Below are positions 47,372-60,165 of a stretch of DNA of 64,000 nucleotides, piece after piece. Position 1 is the first letter of the stretch; each line of letters starts with the position of its first letter. The notes under the pieces are model-generated. The model had not been told where the DNA came from. It saw nothing but the letters and a program-made list of their open reading frames with translations, and did not search any database. Both the position numbers and the translations under genes were made by a program. The DNA comes from Scenedesmus sp. PABB004. Lineage: Eukaryota. Location of the stretch: positions 930,001 to 994,000 of the forward strand of contig JABVCE010000003.1 of assembly GCA_014905635.1 (NCBI GenBank), read 5' to 3'.

Positions 47372-49162
47372 ATGTCGGACCTGCGCGTCGACACGGTGGC
47401 CATCGAGGAGGCCTACCTCAAGCGCGCCGGCGGCCTGAGCAGCGGCACCAAGGCGCGCGAGGCCAAGCTGCAGACGCTGGATGCGGCCGACAAGAACGTG
47501 CGCCGCATCGTGGACGGCGTGATCCGCCTCTTCGAGGCGCGCACCATGGCCGAGCACCGCGACGTGAGCCGGCGCCGGCGCCGCCGCGGGCGGCCGCGCG
47601 CGCGCGCGCGCGCGCGCGCGCGCGGCAGTTGCGCGACGCTGCGCGGACGCGCCTGGCTGCCGCGCGCAGGCGGTGGAGATCTTCGAGCACGACCTGCTCT
47701 GGGACGGCCCGCCCATCCGGCTGAGCAACAAGGGCCACCTGCGCCTGGTGAGCGCGCCGCCGCCGCTGCCGCCGTCGCCCCGGCGCGCTCTCCAACGCGC
47801 CTCTCCGTTGCTCTCTCCCTCCCTCTCCCTCCCTCTCCCTCCCTCTCCCGCTCCAGGCGACCTACCTGTTCAAGTACCTCGCCCGCGTGACCATCCTGCC
47901 CGCCGCGCTCGCGGTGTCGTCGCCCTCGCCCGGCCGCACGCTCATCGAGCTCGACGCCATCGCGGTCAGCCACCCGCACCGCACCTGGGCGCTGCCCGCG
48001 AGCCTGCTGCTGCCGGCCGAGGTCGCCAAGGCCGTGTCCTTCAAGGTCCGGGGTGCGCGCGGCGCGCCTGCGCGCCCGCGCCCGCGCCCGCTCACCGCCC
48101 GCGCCGCCCGCCCGCGCCGCCTGCCCGCGCCGCCCGCCCGCGCCGCGCCGCCCCCTCAAGATCGGCGTCAAGGGCGGCCTCGCCGACGGCAAGGTCGGCA
48201 CGCCCGGCGCGCGCACGCGGGCACAGGCCAGCAGCGCGCGCCCAGCCGGCTGCAGCTCACGCGCGCGCCGCCCGCACCGCCCGCGCCGCCCGTGCGCCGC
48301 GCCGCCGCAGGTCGAGCTCTTCACCGGCCGCCTGACCAACCTGCCCGCCTTTGCGCCCAAGCCGGTGCGCAGCCTCAACGGCATCGCCATGGGCGCGCTG
48401 CCGCACGCGTTTGAGGGCGCGCTCGGGTTCGTGTTCGACTATTGCGACGGCGGCAGCTTCTACGCCGCCAAGCGCAACGCCGCGTTCAAGGCGCGCCACC
48501 CCGGTGCGGCGCCGGCCGGCGGCGGCGCACGCGGCCGCGCGCGCTGCGCCGGCGCGCGTGCGGCGCCGGCGGCGCCCGCGCGCGGCCGCGCGGCCGCGCT
48601 CCGCCGCACCGACGCGCCGCCCTGCCGGCGCCGAGGCCGCGCGCAGACTCGGCCAACCCGACGTGGGACTGGGTGCAGGACCTCGCGCGCGACATCCCCG
48701 CCTGGGCGCAGGAGCAGGCGGTCATCGGCGCGGAGACGGCGCAGGCGCTGTTCGGGGTGCGGCCGGCGCGCGCCCATTCACCGGCCGTGCCCGCGCCTGT
48801 TCACCGGCCGCGCCCGTGCCCGTTCACCGCCTCCGCGCCCCGGCCCCGCGCGGCCGCCCCGCCGCGCGCAGAAGTCGTTTGCCGGCGTCGCCCAGACCGT
48901 GCAGAAGCTGGTCAACTTCTACGTCTGGCTCCTCACGCGCGCGTGGGCGGCGGTCTCGCGCGCCGCCAACGCGGCCGCCGACCTGCTCGGCGGCGGCGGC
49001 GGCGAGGCCGGCACCACGGCTTACGCCCGGCCGAGCGGCGCGGCCGCGGCCGCGGCCGCGCCGGCCGGCGGCGGCGCCAAGGTCTACAAGGGCACCCTGC
49101 CCCAGGCGCAGGCGCCGCCGCTCATCACGGCGCGTCCCATCGCCGCCGGCGGCAGCGCGTGA
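47372..49162 (+). CDS. Protein of unknown function (possible NTF2/SnoaL-like fold followed by amphipathic helices), about 7 exons
   Basis: ATG in caaaacgATG context. GT-AG exons splice into MSDLRVD...AVEIFEHDLLWDGPP...ATYLFKYLARVTI...VELFTGRLTNLP...VNFYVWLL. TGTAA at 49371. The fold assignment is a guess. Confidence 0.75.
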
Positions 49163-49370
49163 GCGCGGCGCGGCGGTGCGTGAGGGCGCCGCGCGGGCGT
49201 GAGCGGGCGTCGCACGCGCGCGTGTGGCCTGGCTGCCACGAGAGCGGCCGGCGTGGGAAGTGCCAGCGAGTTGACGCGCGCAGCCCACCAGCGCCAGTGC
49301 GCGCAGCAGGGCGCGCGCTGCCGGGCGTTGCTCGCCAGGGCTACTAGACTAGGGCGCGGGACCCACCGCT

Positions 49371-49375
49371 TGTAA
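49371..49375 (+). promoter_or_regulatory. TGTAA polyadenylation signal
   Basis: TGTAA about 210 nt after the stop at 49162. Confidence 0.55.
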
Positions 49376-49458
49376 GTTGCTCGCAGTGCGGCGGCGCCGA
49401 CGCGCACGGCCGCGGTCTTTCAGCGGCACGCGCGCGGCCGGCCAGGGCGCGCGCCCCC

Positions 49459-52400
49459 TCACGACCAGCGCAGCCGGCACTCGCCGTCGCCGCCGTCGGC
49501 GTGCGCGCCGCCGCCCCAGGCGGTGGCCAGCAGCAGCACGACCGTCCACAGCCCCGCGAGCGACGCGCCGGCCATACTCACCCCCAGCGCCAGCACCAGC
49601 AGCAGCAGCCCCGGGCCAGGCGCGCCGGCGCTGCTGGTGCTGGTGCTGCCGTCGCCGCCGGCGCTCGCCGGAGCTGCGGCGTCGGGCGGCGCTGCCGCGG
49701 GGCCGTTGGCCTGCGGCTGCTTGCCTCGGCCCGCCTGCGCGCGCGCGCCCTGCTGCTGCGGCTGCGGGTGTTGCTGCTGCTTCTGCAGCTGCAGCCGCTG
49801 CTCCTGCTGCTCCTGCTGTGTCTGCAGCTGCTGCGGCTCGCCCTCAGCCTGCGCCTGCGCGGCTGCGGGCGGCAGCTCCCGGCTCGCCGCCGTTTCCTGG
49901 CAGTCGGCGCCAGCGTTGTCACCAGCCGCGGTTGCGCTGTCCGCGCTGCTGGCTGCCTGCACGGCGCCCGCCGCCGAGCTGCAGCTGCCGCCGCAGCACT
50001 CTGAGCCGGCCGCGGCTGCAGCCCCTGCTGCCGCTGCGGCTGGCGCCGTCGCGGCGCCGGCGGCACTGCTGCAGCCACTGCTGCAGCTGCTGCTCACGCC
50101 CGCGCCCGCCAGCTCCGCCAGCTCTGCCGCGCCGCCGCCAGCTGGCGCGGCGCCCAGGCTCGCCACGTCCACGGGGCCGCCCACGGCCGGGGAGTACAGA
50201 ACCTGCGGCCGGGGCGCGTGCGGGGGGGGGGGCACTGAGAGCCAGCCAAGCTCACAGCCCCGACCGTGCGGCCGGGCGCTGAGGCACGGGGGCACAAGCC
50301 ATGGCTGCCGGGCTCTCCAAAAATAAGGCCGCGCCCCCTCACACCTTGAGCAGCCTGCCCGTGACGCTCCAGCGGCTGGCCGCGGTCACCTCCGCCTCGA
50401 CCACACAGCCCAGCAGCCCCGGCAGCGGCTCCAGCAGCACCTGCGCGGCGGCGCGGCACGGCCCGCCGCGGCTTGGCCAGGGCAGCCGCGGGGCGCGACC
50501 GGGCCGCGGCGCGGCGCGGTGGCGGCGTGCGCGTCTGGCGCGCTGCGGGCGCGCGCCTGGGTGTAGTTTTCGGTGTGGCCGACCAGGTGGTGCCCGTCCG
50601 CCGCGACGTCCACGACCCACACGCGCACCGCGCCGCCGAGCGGCTCGCGCCGCGCGCCCGGGAACGCGTCCACGAGCGCGGTCAGCTCGCGGCTGCGGGC
50701 CTTGACCAGCTGCGTGGGCAGGCGCGGCATGCGCGCCGCGGGCGTGCCTGGACGGGGATAGAACTGGGAGATGTGGCAGTGGCTGAACTGATACTCAGAC
50801 ACCAGCGCCACCGTGGCCGCCCAGTCCTCGTCGCTCTCGCCTGCGGCGCAGCGGCGGCGCGCACGTGAGAGCTCGCGTGCGGCCCTCAGGGCGCCGCAGT
50901 CCACGCGCCCCGGCTCGCCGCGCGCCGCGCTCCGCAGCGGCGGCGGCGCGCACCCGGGAAGCCCGCGATGATGTCCGTGGCCAGCTGCAGCCCCGGCACC
51001 GCCGCGAGCAGCGTGTCGGCGACGCGCTTGAACTCTGGGCCGCGGCGGCGCAGCGGCGGCGGGTCGGGGCGGCGCGCGCGCGCGCGCTCCCCGCCGCGGC
51101 CGCGAGGGTGCCCCGGCGCTGCGCCCCAGCGGTGCACCCACCCGCCACGGTGTACTCCCGGTGCATCCGCCGCAGCACCGCGTCGCTGCCCGACTGCACG
51201 GGCACGTGCAGCGTCGCAAACACGCACGGGTGGCGCAGCACCTGCGCGCGGGCGCGCCGCCGCCGCGGCCAGGGCTCGGCGCGGCGCGCGCGGGCGCGCC
51301 CGCGGCGCGCACAGCACGCGGTGGCGAGCACAGCGTGCGTGGCGCGCGCAGCACGCGCAGCACGCGCAGCGCGCGCCTCGGCGATGCCATCGAGGTGCTC
51401 CAGTATGAAGGGGGGGTTGGTCATCCCCAGGCGCAGCATCGTGGTCGGCCCGGTGGCACCATCGTGGCCGGCCGGCAGCACGGCCGCGCACGCGCGCAGC
51501 AGCGCGGCGACGTCGGTCCCGATGTCCCGCCCGTAGGCGCCGGTGTCCTCGCTGCTCAGCCACACCTCGCGCACCTGCGGCGGCACGTGCGGCCGCGCGC
51601 GGGCTGGGCGCGCGGCGCGGCGGGGGCCCGCCGCCACATATGCCGGTGCGCGGCGCGGCGCGCACCAGCGGGTCGGCGGCGGCCGCCGCGACGCGCGCGA
51701 CGATCGCCTCTGGCGCGTAGCTGCCCAGCGCGCCGCGCGCGTGCTTGGTCTTGCAGTAGGTGCACGCCCCGAGGCAGCCGGTGGAGAGCGGCACGATCTC
51801 CACGTGCGCGTTGCGCCGCACCTTGGAGGGGTGGAGGGAGGGTGGCAGGGAGTGGGAGGGAGGGGGGCGCCTGCCTGCTCAAACCGGCCGGCAGCAGCGC
51901 CCCCGCACCTTGGGCAGGTCGAGCGCGGGCAGGCGGCCGCGCTTGAGCAGCACCAGCGTCTGCCCTGCGAGCGCCGCCTCGGCCGCTTCGACCACGCGGT
52001 CAATGTTGGACACGCCTGGCGCGCGCGGCGGCGGCGGCGGCGGCGGCGCGGGTGCCCTCAGCGACGGCGGGGGGACCTCGGCGGCGGCGCGGGTGCCCTC
52101 AGCGGCGGCGGCGCGGCGGCGCGCACGCCCGCCCCGCACCCAGCAGGCTGAGGCCCTGCAGCTCCGCCGCCTTGCGGTCGCCCTGCGGCACGCAGCCCGC
52201 GACCAGCAGCGCCTTGCCGGCGGCCTTGCCGGTTGCGATGATGTTGGCCATGGCCGACTGGCTGCGCGGCGCGCGGGGGCGTGCAAGCGCGGCGCGCGGG
52301 GGCGGGCCGGCCGGCGGCAGGCACGTCGGCGTGCGGCGCCGCCGGCCGCTGCCAGCTCGCTGCGCGCCAGCCAGCTCGCTCGCCGCTGGCTGCGGGTGAG

Positions 52401-52905
52401 CTCTCAAGCCGGCGCTGCAGCTCGCTCGGCTGGTGGCGTGGCCAGCTGCCAGGCCGCGCCGTGTGCTGGCCAGCGAGCCCGGCGCCTGCCGACCCCGCCG
52501 CACGCGCCTGGGGCTCTTCACGGTGCAGGAGTTGATTATCCACAGCTGCGCCGCGTCGCGCTGCGCGTCCGGGACCAGCCTGCCAGCGGGGCGGCGGCGG
52601 CGCGGGGTCGGCCACGGGGCGCGCGGCGGCCGCGGCGGCCGCCGACCGCCGCCGCCGCACCTGTAGCCGTACGCCAGCAGCTGCCCCGCCATGTACTCGC
52701 CGTCGCTGACGTTGTGAGCACACCCAAACGTCTTGATCCAAATCGACTGCGTGCCGGGCACCCCGCTGGCCACGGCGTCCTCCGCGCCGTCGCCCGGGCG
52801 CTGCCGGCTGCTGCGCTGCTGCAGGCCCACCACGCCGCCGTCGCGGCCATCCCTGCTGACCGGGGCCTGCTGCGCGTCCAGGTCCTCAATGTCCCCCAGC
52901 GTCAT
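49459..52905 (-). CDS. CDKAL1: tRNA t6A methylthiotransferase CDKAL1 (eukaryotic MtaB; UPF0004, radical SAM and TRAM domains, TM tail), about 11 exons
   Basis: [119 protein letters not shown]; hydrophobic C-terminus. Confidence 0.96.
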
Positions 52906-53647
52906 GGGCCGCCCCGCGCGCTGCTGTTGTTGCGCGCGCGGCGGTTGCCGCCGGCCGGTTGCGGCCCGCAGGCCGGCGAGAGCTCGCCAGGGAGGCGCCT
53001 GGAGCCGCGATGGTGAGGCGGAGGCCCAACCACGTCCGGCGGCCGGCGCCGGCGACCCGCTGCCGCCGCACCCGCCGCTGCCGCAGGTGACACACCGCCG
53101 GGCGAGCCCCGGCCGCTCCGGCTGGTCGCTGACTGTCCGCTGAGACTGCGGCGAGGCGCGCAGCGGCAGCCGCCACGGGGCCAGGGCGCACCAACACAAC
53201 CCTGGGAGCTCCAATCTGCTTGGTGCGGCAGCCGCAGGCCTCGCCGCCCGCGCCACGGCACTCAGACGGCTCACGCTCGGCGCCCAGAGCGCGCGGCACA
53301 GCGTTCCGAGCTCCGTCGGTGCACGGCCGCGTCAGCGACTCATTGTTCCCGGCCGCTGCGCTAGACGCCCGCGCGGCCGTGCCGGAGCTAGGTGAGCCCA
53401 AGGGCCTCGGTCCGGAGCTCGGACGCGTGCCCGATGCAGCACGGGCGCCCTGGGCAGCGCGGCGGCAGCAGCGGCAGCAGCGGCGAGCGGCGCCGGGCCC
53501 GCCGCGCGCGCGGGCCTCGCCGCAGCGCGCGGCCGGGCGGCTCAGGCGCACCTTTCCGCGCTCACGACGCCCCGTCGCCCCGCCCCCGCAGCGCCCGTGC
53601 CCGCGCGCTCGGACACGCAGCTGCCGCCGCGCAGCGCCGCGCGCGCC

Positions 53648-55469
53648 ATGGCCGTGTCGGACGTGACCGCGCTGGTCGGCCACGAGGCCATCCTCGCCGA
53701 TGACGACGCCAAGCTCCGGGCGCTGGGCTACACGCCCGTGCTCTGGCGGTGCGCGCCTGCACCCCGCGCGCGCGCGCGCGCGCGCGCCGCCGCGCCGGCT
53801 GCGCCCCGCCGCCCACGCTGCCGCGCCGTGCGCCGCAGCGCGTGGGGCGCGTTCACGGCGATCACGCTGACCATCTCTGCGATGAGCGTCCTCACCTCCA
53901 TCACCGGTGCGGTGCTGAAGGCGCCGCGCCTGGGCGGGCCGGGGCTCGCGCCCCGTAGAGGCCGGGGCCCACGCCGCGCCGCCGCCGCCGCCGCCGCGCC
54001 GCAGCGTCGTTCGGCACGGGCCTCACGTACGGCGGGCCGGTCGTGTGCGTGTGGGGCTGGATCGGGGCGTCGTTCTGCATGCTCTGCGTGGCCCTGGGCA
54101 TGGCGGAGCTGTCCAGCGCGTACCCGACCAGCGGCGGCATGTATTACTGGCAGTTCCGGCTCGCGGGGCCCAAGGTCGGGCCCTTCGCCTGCTGGATCAC
54201 GGGTGCGCCGCCACCGCACGCCTGCGCGCGCAAGAGCGGCCCGCGCGCGCGAGCCGGCAGCGCCGCCGCCACGCGGCGGCGCCGGCGGCGCGCCCCCGAC
54301 GCCGCCCGCGCCGCCGCTCGCTGCTCCTGCCCATCCTCCCTCCCGCGCCCTCCCCGGCCCCGCGCTCCGCCGCTGGCTGGCCAGGCTGGCTCAACCTGCT
54401 CGGCCAGATCGCGTCAGTGTCGGCGGTCGCGTTCCTGTGCAGCGGGCTCATCCACACCATGGCCTCCATGGCCGCCACCGTCAACGGCGGCACGCCCTAC
54501 GCCCTCACGCCCGCGCAGGCGCGCGCAGCTGCCGCCGCCGCGCCCCCGCCGCCGCGCCCCCGCCCGCTTCGCCCCGCCCCGCGCCGCGCCGCGCGAACAA
54601 ACCGCGCCGCGCCACCAAACCGCACGCGCCACCAAACCGCGCACGCCGCCGCCGTCCCGCCGCCGCCGCCGCCGCCGCCGCCGCGCGCGCGCCGCGCCGC
54701 TTGCAGGACCTGGGCGTGTACGGCGGCTGCATCTTCCTCGTCGCGCTGCTCAACAGCTGCGGCCTCACCGTGCTCACGCTCGTGACGCAGCTCGGGGGCA
54801 TGTTCCACCTCGTCGGCGTCACGCTGCTCATCCTCATCGTGCCCCTCATGGCCACGAGCCACCAGAGCGCGGGCTTCGTGTTCACCAAGTTTGAGACGCA
54901 GCTCGCGATCGACTCGGGCATCACAAACTACTTGTGAGCCGCGGCGCGCGGCGCGGCGCGGCGCGGGGGACAGGGAGGCAGGGAGGGAGGGAGGGAGGGA
55001 GGGAGGGAGGGAGGGAGGGAGGGAGGGAGGCGGGGAGGCGGGGAGGCGGGGAGGCGGGGAGGCAGGGAGGGAGGCAGGGAGGGAGGCAGGGAGGGAGGGA
55101 GGGAGGGAGGGAGAGGGGGCGCGGCGCAGCAGGGCGGTGCAGCGGGGCGCGGCGGCGACGCGCGCGCGCACACGCGCGGCCGCCGCGCGCGCGCGCGCGG
55201 CACCGCGCAGCAACATCGCGATCCTGGGGCTGCTGCTGCCGGCCTACTCATACACCGGCATGGACGGGTGCGCAGCGCCTGCTGCAGCGCCTCGCGGCAG
55301 CGCCGCGCCAGCGCGCGCTCGGCGCGGCGCGTGCCGCCGCCCGAGCCGACACACGCACACGCGCACGCGCGCCGCACAGGCCGGCGCACATGAGCGAGGA
55401 GGTGGAGGGCGCGAGCCTCGCGCCGCCAAGGCCATCCTGGTCGGCTGGGGCGTGATGTTCGTCGGGGGT

Positions 55470-55512
<43 letters not shown>

Positions 55513-55875
55513 GTGCGCGCGCCGCCTGGCGGCTGCCCCGACCTCACACCTCACACCTCACGCCGGCGCTGCCTGCCCTGCCCTGCCGCGCCCGCCTCGC
55601 CTGCCCTCCTCCCCGCCCCCACAGGCCTGGGCATGATCATCTCGCTGCTCTTCAGCATGACGGTGCGCAGCCCGACCGCACAGCTGCCCCCGCCCAGCTT
55701 GCCCGCCCAGCCGCCCGCTCAGCTGCCGAGCGCGTGCGCGCTCACGTGCCTGCGTCGCGCCGCCCCCGTCGCCCCCCCCCCCTCGCCGCCCACACACACG
55801 TGCGCAGGGCATCGAGGCGGTGCTGGACGAGACCAACCCCGCGGCCGGCAACGCAGTCGGCCAGATCATGTGCGC

Positions 55876-55912
<37 letters not shown>

Positions 55913-57488
55913 GCGCGCGCGCCTCGCCCCGCCTCGTCTGCACCCCCTCTCCCCCCTGCCGCCCGCGCCGCCCGCGCCCGACGAACAAACCGCCACGCCT
56001 CGCACCCGCCCGCGCCGCCGCGCACAGGTACGACGCGAGCATGCAGCGCTTTGGCTCGCCCCGCGTGGGCATCGGGCTGATGTCCATCATCATCCTCGGC
56101 GTCTTCACCTGCAACGTCGCGACGCTCACCTACGTCTCGCGGTGCGCGCCCCGCGCCGCCGCTGCCCTGCTCCGCCCTGCCCTGCCCTGCTCCGCTCCGC
56201 TCCGCTCCGCTCCGCCCTGCTCTGTCCTGCGCTGCGCTGCGCGCGCCTCGCCACCGCGTATGCGACGACACCGCGCGCACCGAGCGCCACGCGCATCACG
56301 CCCGCCACCGCCGCCCCGCCGCCGCCCCGCCGCCGCCGCCGCGCAGCATCCTGTTCTGCTACAGCCGCGACCGCGCGGTGCCGCTGAGCGGGCTGTGGCA
56401 GAAGGTCGACAAGCGCACCAAGTCGCCGCTCGCCGCAATCTGGGGCGTCGCGCTCGGGGCGTTCCTGCTCGGCCTGCCCATGCTCGGGTGCGGGCGCCGC
56501 CGCGCAGGGCCGGCCGCCGCACACGAGGCGGCCGCCGCGCACGGGGCCGGCCGCCGCGCACGGGGCCGGCCGCCGCGCAGGGCGCGTCCCGCTCCTGCCG
56601 CGGCCTGCTCCGCAGCAGCCCCCGCCCGGCGCCGCGCGCCCGGCCCACGCGCCCCCCGCCCCGCGCGCGCGCCGCCGCGCCGCGCCGCCCCCGTCCCTGC
56701 CTCGCGTGCGCGCGCAGCTCATCGACCGCCTTCAACGCCATCCTCTCCCTCTCAACCATCTCCCTCATCATCGCCTATGTCTCCCCCATCACCGCGCGCA
56801 TCTCGTGGGGCCGGCGCTACTTTGAGCCCGGGCCGTTCAACCTCGGCGTCTGGGCGTACCCCGTCGGCGTCGTCGCCACGCTCTGGGCGATCTTCGCGGC
56901 CGTGGTGCGCGCGCGCACGCGCCGCGCCGCGCCCGCGCCCCCCGCGCCCGCGCCCCCGCGCCTCTCGCGCCCGCGCGTCCGTACCTCGCGCGCCCGCGCC
57001 CGCGCCTCCCGCGCCCGCACGCCCGCGCCTCCCGCGCCCGCGCGCCTGCCCCGGCGAGCTCACGGCCGCCCGTCGCCGCCGCCGCCGCCCATCCCCCGCC
57101 CCGCGCCGCCGCCGCCGCGGCTTAGGTGTTCTGCCTGCCGATTGAGATGCCGGTGGATGCTGATAACCTGAACTACGCGGCTGTGGCCTTTGTCGGCACC
57201 TGCACCCTCTCCACACTCTTCTTCTACTGCCCCGTCATCGGCGCGTACAAGTGGTTCAAGGCGAGCGGCTCAGCGCGAGCGGGGAGCGGGCGAGCGCCCG
57301 CTTGCATAGAGCCGGGCGGCCGCCGCGTCCGCCGCGTCCGCCGAGGGCGCTGGGGGCGCCGCCGTGACACGCCGCCCGCCGCCGACGCCGCCCGCCACGC
57401 GCAGGGCCCGCGCCACACGGTGGACGACGACAGCGCGCACGTGCGCGAGGGCCCGGGCGAGTTTGGCAAGGGCACCGACGCCGCGTGA
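53648..57488 (+). CDS. APC-superfamily amino acid/GABA/polyamine permease (BAT1/ACT-like), about 14 exons, with an apparent 1-nt frameshift near 55427
   Basis: DDAKLRALGY, YGGPVVCVWGW, GMAELSSAYPTSGGMYYW, WITGWLNLLGQ, GMDGPAHMSEE, FCYSRDRAVP, FEPGPFNLG, NLNYAAV, WFKGP. Confidence 0.93.
54971..55119 (+). repeat. Intronic polypurine tract, (GGGA)n and (GGGGAGGC)n
   Basis: Directly visible, inside the permease intron that begins near 54934. Confidence 0.95.
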
Positions 57489-58084
57489 GCGCGGCCGACG
57501 CGGCGGCCCCCGGCCGATTGCGGGAGGGTTTGTGGGGGCCTTGGACCCAACCCCGATTCGTTCCATGCCAGCCCTTACGGGCTCGCCCTTATGCTTATTG
57601 CCTGTGTGCTGCTGTCACCTCAACCGCGTGTCTGCATGTCTCGATGTGCCTTGTTTGTGCTCCTGGCGTAGCGCCGCGCCCGGCGCCTGCGGCTGCGGCT
57701 GCGGCCGTGCCGTCTGTCGGCACGGCCGCGCGTCGTTGCATTGCTAAGCTGAGAGCTCCCGCACCGCCGGCGACCTCGCCGCCGCGTTGGCATTGTTCTG
57801 CGCCCGCATGCGCGCCGGCCGCCCCCTGCCATGAGGCGCCGCGCGGCGCTGAGCGGCGGCGCTCAGCAGGGTCGTGTGCGGTGCGTGCCCGCACGCTCTG
57901 CTGCTCTGCTTTGATGCTTCGTGAGCGCAGGACTGTGTGGTCGATTGCGCGCTGTCTCTCAAACCCCCTGGGTCGCAGTGCTGGGTTGGGATGTGCCCAG
58001 GGCGCCTGAGGGCCCTGCTGGTGGCCCGGCCGCGTCGCGGCTGGCGCTGGCCACGGCGAGGCTGCAGCGAGGGCAGCGGCGAGG

Positions 58085-58089
58085 TTACA
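58085..58089 (-). promoter_or_regulatory. TGTAA polyadenylation signal of the MYND/MSS51 gene
   Basis: ttaca on the + strand, about 40 nt past the stop at 58126. Confidence 0.5.
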
Positions 58090-58125
58090 CTGCAGGCTAT
58101 GCGCCGCCCACGCCGCTCACGCCGC

Positions 58126-59118
58126 TCACGCCCAGCCAAACAGGAAGGCGTTGGACACCGCCGGCAGGCGCGTGCCGTGCCCCGCCGCGGGCGCGGGCTG
58201 GCGAAAGGGGTTCAGCGCCGGCCCCAGGTCAAAGCCCCGCCCCAGGACCGCGGCCGCGAGCGCGCCCGACTGGGCCGCCGCCTCCTCGCAATAGTCCGTG
58301 AACAGCACCGGCACGCCGCGCCACGGGGCCGCTGGCGGGCCGCCGCCGCCCGCGCCGGCACCCGGCACTGGCGGCACTGAGGAGGTCTCCGCGCTGGTTT
58401 CGCAGGCGGCGGGCGGCGGCGCCAGGCGCAGCAGCGCGCGCAGCGACGGCAGCCAGGAGGGGAAGGCTGGAAGGCCGGCGTTGGGCGCGAGCACGAGGGA
58501 CAGCTGCGCCAGGTCGGGCGGCGCCGCGGCCGTCCAGGCGGCCGGCACCGACCCCGCCGCGGCCCCGCCGTCGCTCGCTGCTCCGCCCGCCGCTGCTGCG
58601 CCGCCGCTGTGCTGCCACTCGTCGGCGACGTCGTGCCAGCAGCCGGCCCAGCAGCTGACCGTCAGGCTGCCGCCGCCGCCTGCGGCGGGCAGACGGCGGC
58701 GGTGAGCGGGGCCGCGCTCGTGCCTCGCGCCGCGCGCGCGCTGCCGCGCAGTGCGTCACGCCCGCTGCCAGCGCACCTGCGGCTGCCGTGCTGCAGGCCT
58801 TGCCGTGCAACTCGGCCGGCACGTCCGGCCCGCACAGGTGCACCCGCAGCGTGCGGCCAGGCAGCAGCGCGCACAGCTCCGCGAACGCCGGCAGCAGCTG
58901 CAGCTCCGCCTGCGGGCCTGCCGGCGGCGCGCGGCGCAGCTGTGGTGAGGCCGCGCGCCAGCCCGGCGCGCTCGCGGCGCGCCGCTCCGCGCCGGCGCAC
59001 CGAGGTACGCGACCGTGAGCGTGCCGCCCGCGCCCGGCAGCGGCCAGCCCCTGCCGGGCAGCACGCGCGCCAGGCAGTGGCCGAGCGTCAGCACGAAGTG
59101 AAGCGCCAGGGCTGCGCA

Positions 59119-59149
<31 letters not shown>

Positions 59150-59832
59150 TGGAGGGGGTGGGCGGGCAGGGCGGCGGCTGCCGGTGAGCACGCCGCTGCC
59201 CGCGCCACGAGCGCACCCGCTGGCGAGTCGCCGGCCACGCCGCGCCGTGCGTAGTACGCGGCCCAGCCCTCGGGCGCCTCCAGCGGCTGCGCGAGGCCGC
59301 TGCCGCCGCCCGCCAGCGGCCAGGGCGGCGCGTGTGCGAGCGCCAGCGGTGCCCAGGCCGCCCGCCAGGCCTGCTCACGCTGCGGCAGGCCCGCCGGCAG
59401 CGGCGGTGCCTGCTGCTGCAGGCCCTCGTCCTGCTGCCGCCACGGGTGCGCAGGGCAGCAGTGCTGCAGCATGCCCTGGCCGTGCGCGTGCAGCTCGTGC
59501 AGCCAGGCGCACACGTCGGCGGCGGTCTGCTCAGGCCGGCGGCGGCGGGTCACCTCCGGCAGGCGCGCCCCGCGCCTCGCGCCTCGCGCTGCAACCCCGC
59601 CGGCGCCGCCGCGCACCTGCGCGGGCCAGCGCAGGTCGCGGCCGTGCACCTCCGCCGCGCGCGCCAGCTGCGCCGCCATGCGCCGGCACTCGGCGGCGTC
59701 GTGGCCCAGCCGGCGCGCGAGGCGTAGGTGCTCCTCGCCACAGTACGCGAGCGCGCCGCAGCCGGGGCAGGCGTGCGCAGCGGTCGCGCCCGTGCCGCAC
59801 ACCTGGCACGCCAGCGCGTTGCCGGTGGCCAT
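58126..59832 (-). CDS. MYND zinc finger plus MSS51/ZMYND15-like C-terminal domain protein
   Basis: CQVC..CPGCGALAYCGEEH..GH..EC; WAAYYARRG; LALHFVLTL; YLGPQAEL; HLCGPDV; APNAGLPAFPSW; FTDYCEEA; NPFRQP; SNAFLFG. Confidence 0.87.
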
Positions 59833-60165
59833 GGCTGCTGCGATTAGAGCGGCGGCGGGCGTGCGGCGCTTGGTGCTGCGCGCGGCGACAGGCGAAGCAG
59901 CGGGCCGACGCCCCGTCGCAACGTCACTAGCGCGGCGTCCGCATGCGCATGCGGCGGCGGCGCCCCCAAGCACTCCCGCCCGCCGCGCCGCTCAGCAGCC
60001 TGCTCGCGTGCTGCCAGCAGCACCGACAGCAGCGCCCGCGCACCGCGCGCCGCCGCGGCGGCGCCGCTGCCCCCCGCGGCCGTCTCGCGCCCGCCCCGCC
60101 ACCGTCGCGGCTCCGGCTCGCAGCACCGGCGCGGGGCGGGCCGCCCGCGCGCCGGCGGCGCGGGG

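Noticed and set aside
48491..48505. Possible GC donor at ttcaag|gcgcgc in the unknown gene
   Set aside because: A GT donor at 48504 gives the correct phase (ARHP-D-SANP), so it was not counted as GC-AG.
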